A stretch of 63,757 nt of DNA, counting the filler. It is 8 parts of 8 records of this genome, joined end to end, with 100 filler letters (N's around TTAATTAATTAA, not from the genome) between each part and the next. Parts side by side here need not be neighbours in the genome. Positions count along the whole stretch, not along the records: positions 16,773 to 26,188 come from SRR20825010_2175; positions 26,289 to 35,361 come from SRR20825010_2177; 6 more parts are not named here. One strand, written 5' to 3'. This document shows, piece by piece, positions 20,001-29,971 of the stretch. Every line of letters starts with the position of its first letter. The stretch's first letter is position 1. The notes below the pieces were generated by a model, which saw nothing but the letters and a program-made list of their open reading frames with translations, was not told the origin of the DNA and made no database searches. The translations under genes and the position numbers were made by a program.

Positions 20001-23000
20001 ATACGTTAAACGCATAGCCGTGCAAATCACAAAAAACACCTGGATGGTGTGTACGTAACCCTCGTGGATTTCGTATGTACACACAGTATATTGGTCTGTA
20101 CTTACAAAAAAAAACGTGGCGCCATAGGGTGCAACTACGTGGGGGAGTGCTGTCATGGGATCGTATACACCTTTCCTACAGTAAGTAACTGCAGCAACGG
20201 TATTAACAAATCCAAACAATATAAAAAAAACTTCGGAGTACAGCACTATTCAGACTGCGTAAAATCGTTATATCGTTTTTTGCATCAGTTATATCCAAGT
20301 ATGGTATAAGACGCCACATACATCATGTATACTTAACGTACATACCCCTGGGTACACGTCTTGTCCGACAAGCAAGGTTGTTGGTATACGGTATACCACA
20401 TCGGATTCGGTGGGGGAACACATCGGTTTTTCCTCGGGAGTGGTGTGCACTGTAATTCTAAATTTTTGTTATGTATAATTTACATTACGTGGACGAAACT
20501 AATAGGAAAGGTGTATACATATATACACATATATCACAGGAGTGTCAACATAACGTCACTAATATAGTATGTGCATAACGTATTACGATAATTATGTATA
20601 TCCCATATATTTCGTAAGTCGTGCACAGTCCCTGAAATTACACGTTTTTTTTATATGTTTTTTGCACATCAAATGAGTTACATTACCTAGGAAAGGTGTA
20701 TACGACGTGCAACGTGTATTGTATAATGGTTTATTAATGGTACAGGATCCACATATTTTTCTACTGGGTGGTATACCTTACCCGGGAAAGGTGTACTTCA
20801 CATGACGGTGTATGCCTGTCCGGAGAGGAAGTTTACAACAATTTTTTGATGATACTTTCTTTTTTTTTGTTTGTTTATTCTCCACGGGCATGTATAGCAT
20901 TTAATGGAAAGGTGTACTTACGCATGTATGTACACATCCTACACGAGGAATTACATTAAATTAAAGACCACACCTTTCCAGTGTAACGTTAAAGCATAAC
21001 ATGTATGAATCCACATTATACGATAACAATATTAATATAACACTACGATGCAGACGCGGTTCAAGTGTACATACCTATACCCAACCCGGACCTTATAGTA
21101 ATATATATACGGTAATATACAACGTATTACATGTACACCTTTCCTACATGTTGCGTGTACTGATTATCCTAACGTCAAATCATAATACAAGTAGACACAA
21201 TATGTTACGTAATGTATGTATACTAGGTATATTGCGAAGACATTTAACCTCTGTATGCGTAGTGATTACACCTTTCCTGTAAAACCGTTACGCCACGATA
21301 CGGTACATCAACAAACAAGTACACGTAATAATTGTAGGTATTTTTATACACATCCCTTGTCACATTACTAACCGCCTATATAATATAACTTTCTATTTTT
21401 TATTGTGTTTTTTGTGTAAGCACTTACGGTTACGTTTTTCAGGAAAGGTGGGACATGCCCATACAAGTTATATATTACACTGTACAATATCCGTGTAGTG
21501 TATGTGACGTAGTGGTTGTACGTATACATTTAAACCTAGTGGTGCGTGCTTGTACATATAACATACTACTATTTTATTTTGTTTTGTGTAGACAACGGAA
21601 TGTAATTGATCCCGTTTACGGAAAGGTGTGTATGCCATACATGGATCCTGTATGATAGCGTACGTAATGTAAACTACGGGTGATTATATATTCCCCTATA
21701 GGGAATGATATACACCTTTCCTACAGGGGTTAGAAATAGTGTAAACTCTAAAAACACACAACACGAGCTAGATGATATCCCGCATACATATACAATGTGT
21801 CCACGATCTGTCCGGTAACGTTTTGCACGTATACTATGTGTAGGTTTCTATTTACTGTTCATTTCGAGATAAGTTACAACAAAGTACATACACAATACCG
21901 TTACGTTACTGCGTTTATGCAGGTGCCCGTAGCATACATTCAGAACGATACAATTACTAAGCGTGCACGAGTATGGGTAAGTAACCACACCATATTCTAC
22001 GACGTACGTGTAGTATGTATGCATGTATGTTCTACCGATACGTGTAGGACAACAACATTGTATTCATCGGAAAGGTGTAGACATAGTTGACCCAATATGT
22101 ATTTATATGTTGTGTTTACACATTACATGCAACACACCTTTCCTACGTAATCATACATACATATATATACACTACGTGTAAAATATCGTATGTTAATATT
22201 ATTACTCTATGTAACGTAAGATATCCACGTGGTGTAGTACATTTATATTAACCAATATTTAGGGAGGTGTAGAATACATATGCAGGTGTGAACGTACTAG
22301 GATGCATAGTATATCACCCCCGGAGCGTATACCGGATAATGCACACACCTGCGTATACACGTGGTTTATATCGTGCATTTAATCTTACCGTTATGTGTTG
22401 TATTTGTGTTGTGTTGTGCTTACTCGAGAATACACCATATAGGAAAGGTGTGCAACACGACACTGTACTACGTAAATCGTAACGCTGTGTGTAAACGTCC
22501 TCCCGCATGCATTACTGCATACGTGTGTTATACATATTTGTATACTATTATACTACCTAGTGTTAATTTGTTGCGTGTAATAAATATTAGCTGTGTGGTA
22601 TGTTTACCGGAACATTACATTAAAATGTGTGAATACAGAGTTACATCCCGGTATTGTGTATAAACTGCTTACGTATGTCACACCTTTCCTGTAGTAGTAC
22701 TTATGTATGACTTATACGAAAAACATCAAACCAAACTGCAATATGTGCAATAAACCCGATAAGAAAATGTGATGTCATACGCTGATGCGTTTACCACGCA
22801 CATACAGAACTACAGGGAACTGTCACGTATACATGTTTGTGTGCAAGCCATATACATTTCACGCAGATTTTACACGGCGGTGTTAGTTTTCTGTTTTTGG
22901 ATTGTATGCATACAAGCCGTAACTATTCTTCCAGGAAAGGTGTACATAATCATGTGTGCGATCGCGTAACTATCCCGTAATAGGGTAACATACTTTTTGA

Positions 23001-25895
23001 TACGTAATGCACAGTAACAAAGTGAACTTCTCCGGAAAGGTTAACATACTGTACACATTACGTTATACATGTAAGCATACACGCACGTAATGTTTATCTG
23101 TAGCTGCATATAACAATCAATAAGTCCTGTTAATAGTCGTGGACTTGTGTACGTGGAAGATGTTGATACTTCCCGAACAGCATCGTTATTCGTGGTACAC
23201 CTTTCCGTAAGCATACTCTGTAGACCTGTTGTACACACCATACGATTACTGGAATATTATACATATAACACTGTAATGCAGTCGTACGTATATGTGCTGG
23301 TGTTGTTACTGCAGTGTACAACGTTGATTGGTATAACATATTACATACAATATATATCTCTACAGGACGTATTATATTATACATCTCCGGAAGCCTACCG
23401 TAAGCAATGTATTTACGTTGTTGTGCTCTACTTTTAGGACGTGAAATGTTTTACTACATACAAAGGAAAGGCCTAGGTCTTGTACACATATATGTATACC
23501 CGATAAAGCTACACAGTCATACGTACATGTTGGTATATTGTATTACGTAGTACATGTTATAATATGGCCGTGTGTAGTAACGTTACGTTCAAGCGTTGTG
23601 CAGCATGCCATGTACATGATTAAGTGTACTTACGTGTATGTAGTGATACGTAACTGCGAGCGGTATGGTATGTACGCCAGGCGTTTTTCATGCGGTGTAC
23701 ACGTACCTCATACACGTATATACATTAATCTTTTTGTATTTGTTTATTTTTTTTGATATAACAAAGACACATGCATATTCGGAAAGGTGTATACGCGATG
23801 GGTTATAATAAGCACATACGTCCATAGAAACAGATGACTTACATAATATCAGTATTTAACCTGAGGTGAACATAACGATTTACAATGTGTGCTGTTGTCA
23901 GTAATTTACAAGCCACCCCAAACGCGTGTAGCGTAAGCAACTTTGCTCACCGTTAGTACGCGGGATACACCTTTCCAGTAAAATTAACAACACGGGTTTA
24001 ACTTATACAAAACAAACTATAACAACATATTTGTGTGTACGCGCCCCGGCATACGCACATGTTCCCAGACAAGTCACTACTACATGTTGTTACATTCATG
24101 TCTACACCTTTCCTATAACAACCATATACACGTAATACAGTTATATAAATATAACATGATTTACGTAACCATGTAGTATGTGTTCTTATAAGTATATCGG
24201 GTAACGTATCCGACCACGTTCTGTAAGGCTTACGTAGGCAAGTGTGTACTATATAGTGATTACAGAACATACCCTACGGAACGGGGTACCACTATATGCC
24301 GTGTAGCATGTGGTAACACACCTTTCCAACGTATTCACGTATGCCAAGTATACCAACATGGCTAAACTAGGACAAAGTAAGTTACGTACACAGATCTATA
24401 ACCGATATATCGATGGGTTTAACGTAACAAATGGCCCTTAACATGTCACTGTATACGCACACACCACATACGGAAATACTTGTGAACTACGTGTTGTGTG
24501 GTACAAGCGGAGTAATCTGCGATTACGAGGTATAGCATACATGCATAGTATGTAAGCACCCACACCGGAGTACCCGTGCACTTATTACGTTAACATACAC
24601 ACCGATCCCATGTAATACGATATACGTATGGTTCTACGTGTACCGTCTACATTGTGGTATGAGTTTGTTGACTGTATCCGGTAATGTTATCTACCTAGGA
24701 AAGGTGTACGTGCATACTTAAGTAATGTTGTACTTCTGTTACTTCAAATAACAACTACATGTAAACTACGATACACGTATAGCTTACATACTGCTATGTA
24801 TACGTGGTCAACGCATGTACGTAGTAATTATTAATAACGTGACGTTGTACAACACCCACGAGGTGTACTACGGTAGATCAGCTTATGTACGTATAATTGT
24901 ATTTTTTGTTTGTGATATCGTGTACACACAGAATGTAAGTGCATCCCTGGAAAGGTGTCGTGTACATCCCGGATACACATGTCTAACTATAACCCGTGTG
25001 TAGTATTATAAGTATACTACACATAGCGGTACGTTTATTTATATGAGTTAAAGACTTACATACACCGTTTAATACCAGTACACTAACGCACTCTGTAATA
25101 CTACACGCGTTCCCCAAGGGTGTACCTTATCCCGCAGGATGTAACGCGTACGTATACACAAGCTACACCGTTCGTGGGTGGGCAGTACAGGCTACATTTA
25201 ATGCAACGTGTACTAGTAATATACCTGTACAGAGGTTATAACATTTATACTTTTGTTTTTGGGTTCAGATGTGTTACGTTAAGTATAAACTTATATTTAC
25301 ATGGAAAGGTGTACTACTAGCATACTGCATATACGGTGGGGATGTATAACCTAGCAGAAGTGTAAACCCTTACTAACTCCGTGAGATGCATTACAGTGTA
25401 CCTATACCGGTTTTATATGTGTTTACTCTGTTCGTATTGTATGATTCCCCCCCGGGTATACTTACGAGAACTTACTTTCTTACGGTACTGTATTCCGGGG
25501 ATATCGTAACGTATACCATCCCTACACATCACACCTTTCCTAACATGCGCACTATATTTACGTAATACAAATTCAAAGAACAGAGAAACATGTGCGTGTA
25601 TTAATACCCACAGTATTTAATCCCGCACATTAAAGTATTACATATTAGTATGCGCCTGCATCAAAAAATTATCCCAGGTTGTGTTATTGTTTTGCGCCCA
25701 GATTAATATAATGTATATCTATTAGGAAAGGTGTAACCTGTTATACATATACGTATTACCAGTAAGATACCTTGTATGGATAACGATATACTGTCATGTG
25801 TTTTTATTAAACGTAGGTACATTACATACCACGTAGGCGGAAATAACTTTACATTTTGTAAATTACACATGTAGTACAAAACCCTACACCTTTCC
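17047..25895. repeat. Dispersed array of at least 37 GGAAAGGTG(T/C) motifs with unique spacers, both orientations, in a non-coding contig
   Basis: + copies at 17047, 17246, 17577, 17910, 18114, 18321, 19149, 19270, 19636, 20505, 20690, 20785, 20906, 21442, 21620, 22069, 22442, 22934, 23781, 24698, 24949, 25303, 25725; - copies ((T)ACACCTTTCC) at 18662, 20166, 20970, 21134, 21267, 21711, 22134, 22680, 23196, 23966, 24103, 24318, 25531, 25885. Confidence 0.93.
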
Positions 25896-26156
25896 TCTAT
25901 TGTGTGTTAATCCCATTATGTATACACATACTAAAACAACAATTAAAAAAAAGGAGGTACAACTACGTAATAAAAGTATATACCCTGTGTAATACAATAT
26001 GACGCGCTATGGATACGTCTGTTGCGTGGGATATACATCAACATGCCACACTAGGGTTGTATAGAATGATTATGTATCACAATAACGTAGACAGCTTATA
26101 AAAATTTTGAGGAAGTGTACATACATGTATGCACCGTTGTATACAATTGTACTGAC

Positions 26157-26188
26157 GAGAAAACTTTCGGGGAAAATTTCCGGGAAAT
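26157..26188. repeat. Right-end low-complexity palindromic repeat related to the left end
   Basis: gagaaaactttcggggaaaatttccgggaaat; its reverse complement atttcccggaaattttccccgaaagttttctc resembles 16788-16831. Confidence 0.7.
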
Positions 26189-26424
26189 NNNNNNNNNNNN
26201 NNNNNNNNNNNNNNNNNNNNNNNNNNNNNNNNTTAATTAATTAANNNNNNNNNNNNNNNNNNNNNNNNNNNNNNNNNNNNNNNNNNNNTTTATTTTCAAG
26301 AAAATACTTGATAATTGAGTTAAGCATGATTTAATCCTGGTAAATGGAGGGATAGGAAGGACTAGGCTAAATGGCTGGTTGCCATTAGCTAAAAAGAGGT
26401 CGGATGACCGATTACCAGGAAGTA

Positions 26425-26838
26425 TTAAATCAGGAATGATTGAAAAAGAACTGTGTAGTTTTTTTCAATCGAAGGGGGGGAAATAAATGGATTTATATAA
26501 GCTTCGGTACTTATTAATTCAATACCAAAGATAAAAGATTGGGTAAATGCCGCAACAAAAATAAGTTGGGCTGAATCTAATTGAAGAACTTTTAATTGTT
26601 GATCCCCATCGTTATGAACAAGTTCAAAACTATTTTGACAACATGGGTTTGCTTCACTTAAGCCCCCTTCTTCAGAAGAAGAAGACTTTTGGTGTTTCAT
26701 ACCACAATCCAAATTTTTGGCAGAAAGACCTATTGCATTTAACATTTCAGATCCCATGCATATATGACTGCTTTTCGCCAAACCGATGTTTGTGAAAATA
26801 AGTAAAAATGCTAAAACTATGGAAAATGATTTTTTCAC
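26425..26838 (-). CDS. HYC_CC_PP family protein (heavy-metal-locus associated)
   Basis: Signal/TM, HIC, CGM, CC and late PP motifs, ending FLI. Confidence 0.75.
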   Translation of the reverse strand: MKKSFSIVLAFLLIFTNIGLAKSSHICMGSEMLNAIGLSAKNLDCGMKHQKSSSSEEGGLSEANPCCQNSFELVHNDGDQQLKVLQLDSAQLIFVAAFTQSFIFGIELISTEAYINPFISPPSIEKNYTVLFQSFLI

Positions 26839-27021
26839 TAATACAATTATAGGATAAATTCCTGAGGCTTTGAAATAATTTAGCTGAATCTTAATCTACG
26901 CAATTTTCTTAATTGGGTTTAAGATTTCCTTTAAACTTGGCAAAGAAATATTTTTTGCAACTTCTGACTTATCTGAAAGCATGTGAGAATTGGAAGTGTA
27001 TTTGGCTTATTCCAATGGTTT

Positions 27022-27164
27022 TTAACAACAACTTTCGTTTTCTTGAATTAGTGAACAAGGTACTGTTCCATATAGAAAAACTGCCATGCATTTTTTGGCA
27101 GATCCTCTGATTTTTTATGTCTGCAGTTTGGACAATTTATTTCTGGTTTTAATTGAACTACCAT
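27022..27164 (-). pseudogene. GDCCVxC-domain protein remnant with internal deletion/frameshift
   Basis: MVVQLKPEINCPNCRHKKSEDLPKNAWQFFY, then in another frame YGTVPCSLIQENESCC*; the central GDCCV segment is missing. Confidence 0.7.
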
Positions 27165-27400
27165 TAGTTTTCTTCTTTGTCGGTTAAGGTATAGACTGTT
27201 GAATTAATTGCTTTCTCGATTTCTGTTTTTTCAAATGCAATAATTACATTTCCATTTTCAAAGGACGTTTTTGAGTATACGATTCCGTTGAATTTATTTA
27301 ATTCGTGACTTAAGTGGACTTAGCAACTCACACAAGTCATTCCGTTGATTTTGGTTTCAGTTGTTTCAATGTCCGATTTTTCGGCTATGAATAGGTCCAT
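27164..27400 (-). pseudogene. HMA (MerP-like, MerTP C-terminal) domain remnant with in-frame stop
   Basis: MDLFIAEKSDIETTETKINGMTCVSC*VHLSHELNKFNGIVYSKTSFENGN...EIEKAINST...; GMTCxxC motif followed by TAA; TAATG overlap with the next gene. Confidence 0.75.
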
Positions 27401-27592
27401 TTCTATTTGGGTAAATTAATTTTGAAAAATATGGTTTGTTTACTAAATAGTTTCCTATTTAAACTTGACCTCAATTAGAGTTTCCCCCTCCCCATCAATT
27501 CCCTGGCATATTTTGATTTTCCGTTATTCTTGTTCAATGTAAGATTCATTTTTGAGTTTTGGACTCTCCATAAAATAAGCTGTATTCTTAAT

Positions 27593-28807
27593 TTATTTTA
27601 ACTTATCTCGGAGTGCCTTCATGTCAAAACTTATCTTCGTATCTAGGATTTTGGCATAGTGCTGTGTCTGCTTAAGGGATTTGTGTCCGAGCATTTTTGA
27701 TACGGTTTCGATAGGGACTCCGTTGGCAAGCGTGATTGTTGTCGCAAATGTGTGCCTTGCTATATGAAAAGTTAGTGGTTTATTGATCTCGCAGACATCT
27801 GCAATTTCCTTAAGATACGAATTCATCTTTTGGTTGCTCAATACTGGTAGGACATGAGCCCCGTCCTGGCATTGAGGATGGTTCTTATACTTTTCAATAA
27901 GCTCCAAAGCTTTTGGTAATAAGGGTAAACGGGTAGGAGAATCTGTTTTTTGTCGATGGGTATAAATCCATTTTTCCCCATCTATTCCCGTAGAAATCTG
28001 ATTCCTTTTTAGATTTTTGACATCTATATAGGCTAGTCCAGTAAAGCAGCTAAAAAGGAAAATATCCCTAACCTGGCTAAGACGTTGTATAGAGAATTTT
28101 TTCTCTATTAAATTTTCTATTTCATGCCAAGTAAGAAAAACCCTGTTGTTGACTTTGGTCGCCATCTTGAAACGGATGAATGGGTTTCTGTCAAGCCATC
28201 CATTATTGATGCAGATTAGAACTACTTTTTTAAAGTTGTTGAGATATTTTACAGTGGTATTGTGATTGCAATTTCTAATACTCTTAAGCCAGAAAGCGTA
28301 GGATGAGATAAACTCGTAATCTAACTGCTTTATGTCCATATCCTTTTTCTTGTACTTCCAGTTAATAAATGAGCGGGTGTGGTCCAGCGAGGTTTTGTAG
28401 CGTAGCAGGGTCCCTTCTGCGAAATCCTTTCCTACTAATGATTCTAAATTATCATTGTGTTCTTGGAAGATTTCTAGGATCATTTTTCTTTTTTCTCCAA
28501 TACCAAGGATAATATTTTTCAAGGATTCGGCGGAAATTTCCTTGTCTGATTCAAGTAATTGTTTTTTCGCTTGAAGTACTTTGTGATGGATGGTGTCCAA
28601 ATAGGCATTTAATTCTCTGGCATCTTCTTTTGTCCCCTCTGCTCTACCAAAAACTGTATTCCATCGTGAAACGGCCCACAATCTTTTGGTAGACAGTTCT
28701 TTTGATTGACCATCCACGGTAATCCTGAGGTAGACATACCTCGCTGATCCGGTTTCTTTTTTGGATTGTTTCAAGAAGAAGTGCAATCCGAAGCTTTTTT
28801 CTAACAT
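27593..28807 (-). CDS. Bacteroidetes site-specific tyrosine integrase (arm-binding, SAM-like and catalytic domains)
   Basis: YLRITVDG arm domain, RDIFLFSCFTGLAY, HIARHTFATT, KMLGH, TQHYAK. Confidence 0.93.
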   Translation of the reverse strand: MLEKSFGLHFFLKQSKKETGSARYVYLRITVDGQSKELSTKRLWAVSRWNTVFGRAEGTKEDARELNAYLDTIHHKVLQAKKQLLESDKEISAESLKNIILGIGEKRKMILEIFQEHNDNLESLVGKDFAEGTLLRYKTSLDHTRSFINWKYKKKDMDIKQLDYEFISSYAFWLKSIRNCNHNTTVKYLNNFKKVVLICINNGWLDRNPFIRFKMATKVNNRVFLTWHEIENLIEKKFSIQRLSQVRDIFLFSCFTGLAYIDVKNLKRNQISTGIDGEKWIYTHRQKTDSPTRLPLLPKALELIEKYKNHPQCQDGAHVLPVLSNQKMNSYLKEIADVCEINKPLTFHIARHTFATTITLANGVPIETVSKMLGHKSLKQTQHYAKILDTKISFDMKALRDKLK

Positions 28808-28998
28808 GACAAATTAGTTTAAAGTTAAATAAAACTCGAAAATCAGGCTCTAAATAACAAGAAGCTCAATATATGAACATGTTCATAATCAGTTAACTAT
28901 GACTTCCAGCCAGCGTCTTTTTTTTGGGAGAAGCCGAACTACACGAATGACGCAACTGAATTTTGAGTAATTGTGAAGATTTTGGTGGTTTTAGCCAC

Positions 28999-29034
28999 AA
29001 AAAAAAGCCTGCAAAGAGTCTTTTTGCAGGCTTT
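28999..29034 (-). terminator. Hairpin/terminator between ssrA and integrase
   Basis: aaagcctgcaaa...tttgcaggcttt inverted repeat with an A-run (U-tract on -). Confidence 0.6.
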
Positions 29035-29168
29035 AATTTTACAATTCTGAAAAGCTAAAATCTGATAATCTAAAATTAAAAGACTGTTAATCAGCTATTT
29101 AATTCCTTTTAATCAATTTATTGAAGTCATTTTGTATAATTTCTTCAACTTTTTTTTAGCTTTTTCCG

Positions 29169-29568
29169 TGGAGCTGGCGAGATTCGAACTCGCGTCCAGA
29201 TAAGGAAACAACGTACCTTCTACATGCTTAGTCACCTGTTAGGTTTTCGATCGAAATATGCTGGGTGACACACCTAGTTCCGACTTAGCTATTTGTCTTA
29301 GACCTGCTTAATAGCATCACAAGCCGCATTCCAATCAAGTCGACATCCCGGAATCCACCCCGAAAGGACGGGGGGCGGAGGAATGTGGCTGGGGAATTAC
29401 TCTCGTAACTCAACCCTTTAAGCTTTCTTTCCTGTTAAGGTAAGATTAGGCAGCCATAGCGTAAGATTCTTCGCCATTTATAGTGCGTATGAATTTTTTA
29501 AGGCCATACATACTCCAGCCTGCATGCGAGCCCGATCTTTACACTTACTGTCAAAACCGGTCAGCCCC
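29169..29568 (-). ncRNA. ssrA: tmRNA (transfer-messenger RNA)
   Basis: 5' GGGGCTGACCGGTTTTGACAG, 3' GCGAGTTCGAATCTCGCCAGCTCCA, internal tag ORF GEESYAMAA* (29446-29475). Confidence 0.95.
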
Positions 29569-29670
29569 ATTTGAATTAGGAAGACAAAAGTAATAGAATT
29601 TTGGTTCCTTGAGTTTTTTCTTTTCCTGCATTAAATTTCTTGCTGGGGTTATTTTTGATGAGATGTTATT

Positions 29671-29810
29671 TTTCCCGCAGATGCACGCAGAAAACTAGCG
29701 CAGATTTCCGCAGATTTTATTAGCTGGTAGATCTGAGTTTCTTAGCGAATTTCAGTTGCAGAATCATCTGTGTTAATCAGCGGGTTTTGTCAGCGAAAAT
29801 CAGCGGGAAA
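29671..29810. repeat. Imperfect long inverted repeat of CGCAGA/CGCTGA units (REP-like)
   Basis: tttcccgcagatgcacgcag...ccgcagat versus atctgtg...cagcgaaaatcagcgggaaa. Confidence 0.6.
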
Positions 29811-29971
29811 GGTTATTGCCAGGTCCATATTCAAGCAAAATCAGCGTTCTGAAATCATCTCAGCCATTCACCATAAAATTCATTCCCTATAATTCAGGTA
29901 TTTAGCGAAGATTGTCTGAAATAGCCAGTTGCTGGGCTTCCTGAGTATAGAGTTTTTTATATCTTGCGGTG

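Noticed and set aside
18429-25320. About 28 short ORFs (60-117 aa) in the motif contig
   Set aside because: Y/V/C/T/H-rich translations follow from the alternating composition; no domain motifs, operon packing or consistent strand; recurring GKV/ERC/RKG peptides are just the DNA motif read in three frames.
17047-25895. CRISPR array interpretation of the repeated motif
   Set aside because: The repeat is only 9-11 nt, occurs in both orientations, spacers range from about 55 to 580 nt, and no cas genes or leader are visible.
16880-26150. Fungal RIP-degraded transposon as the cause of TpA richness
   Set aside because: RIP depletes CpA/TpG, which are abundant here, and it would not leave a conserved dispersed motif.
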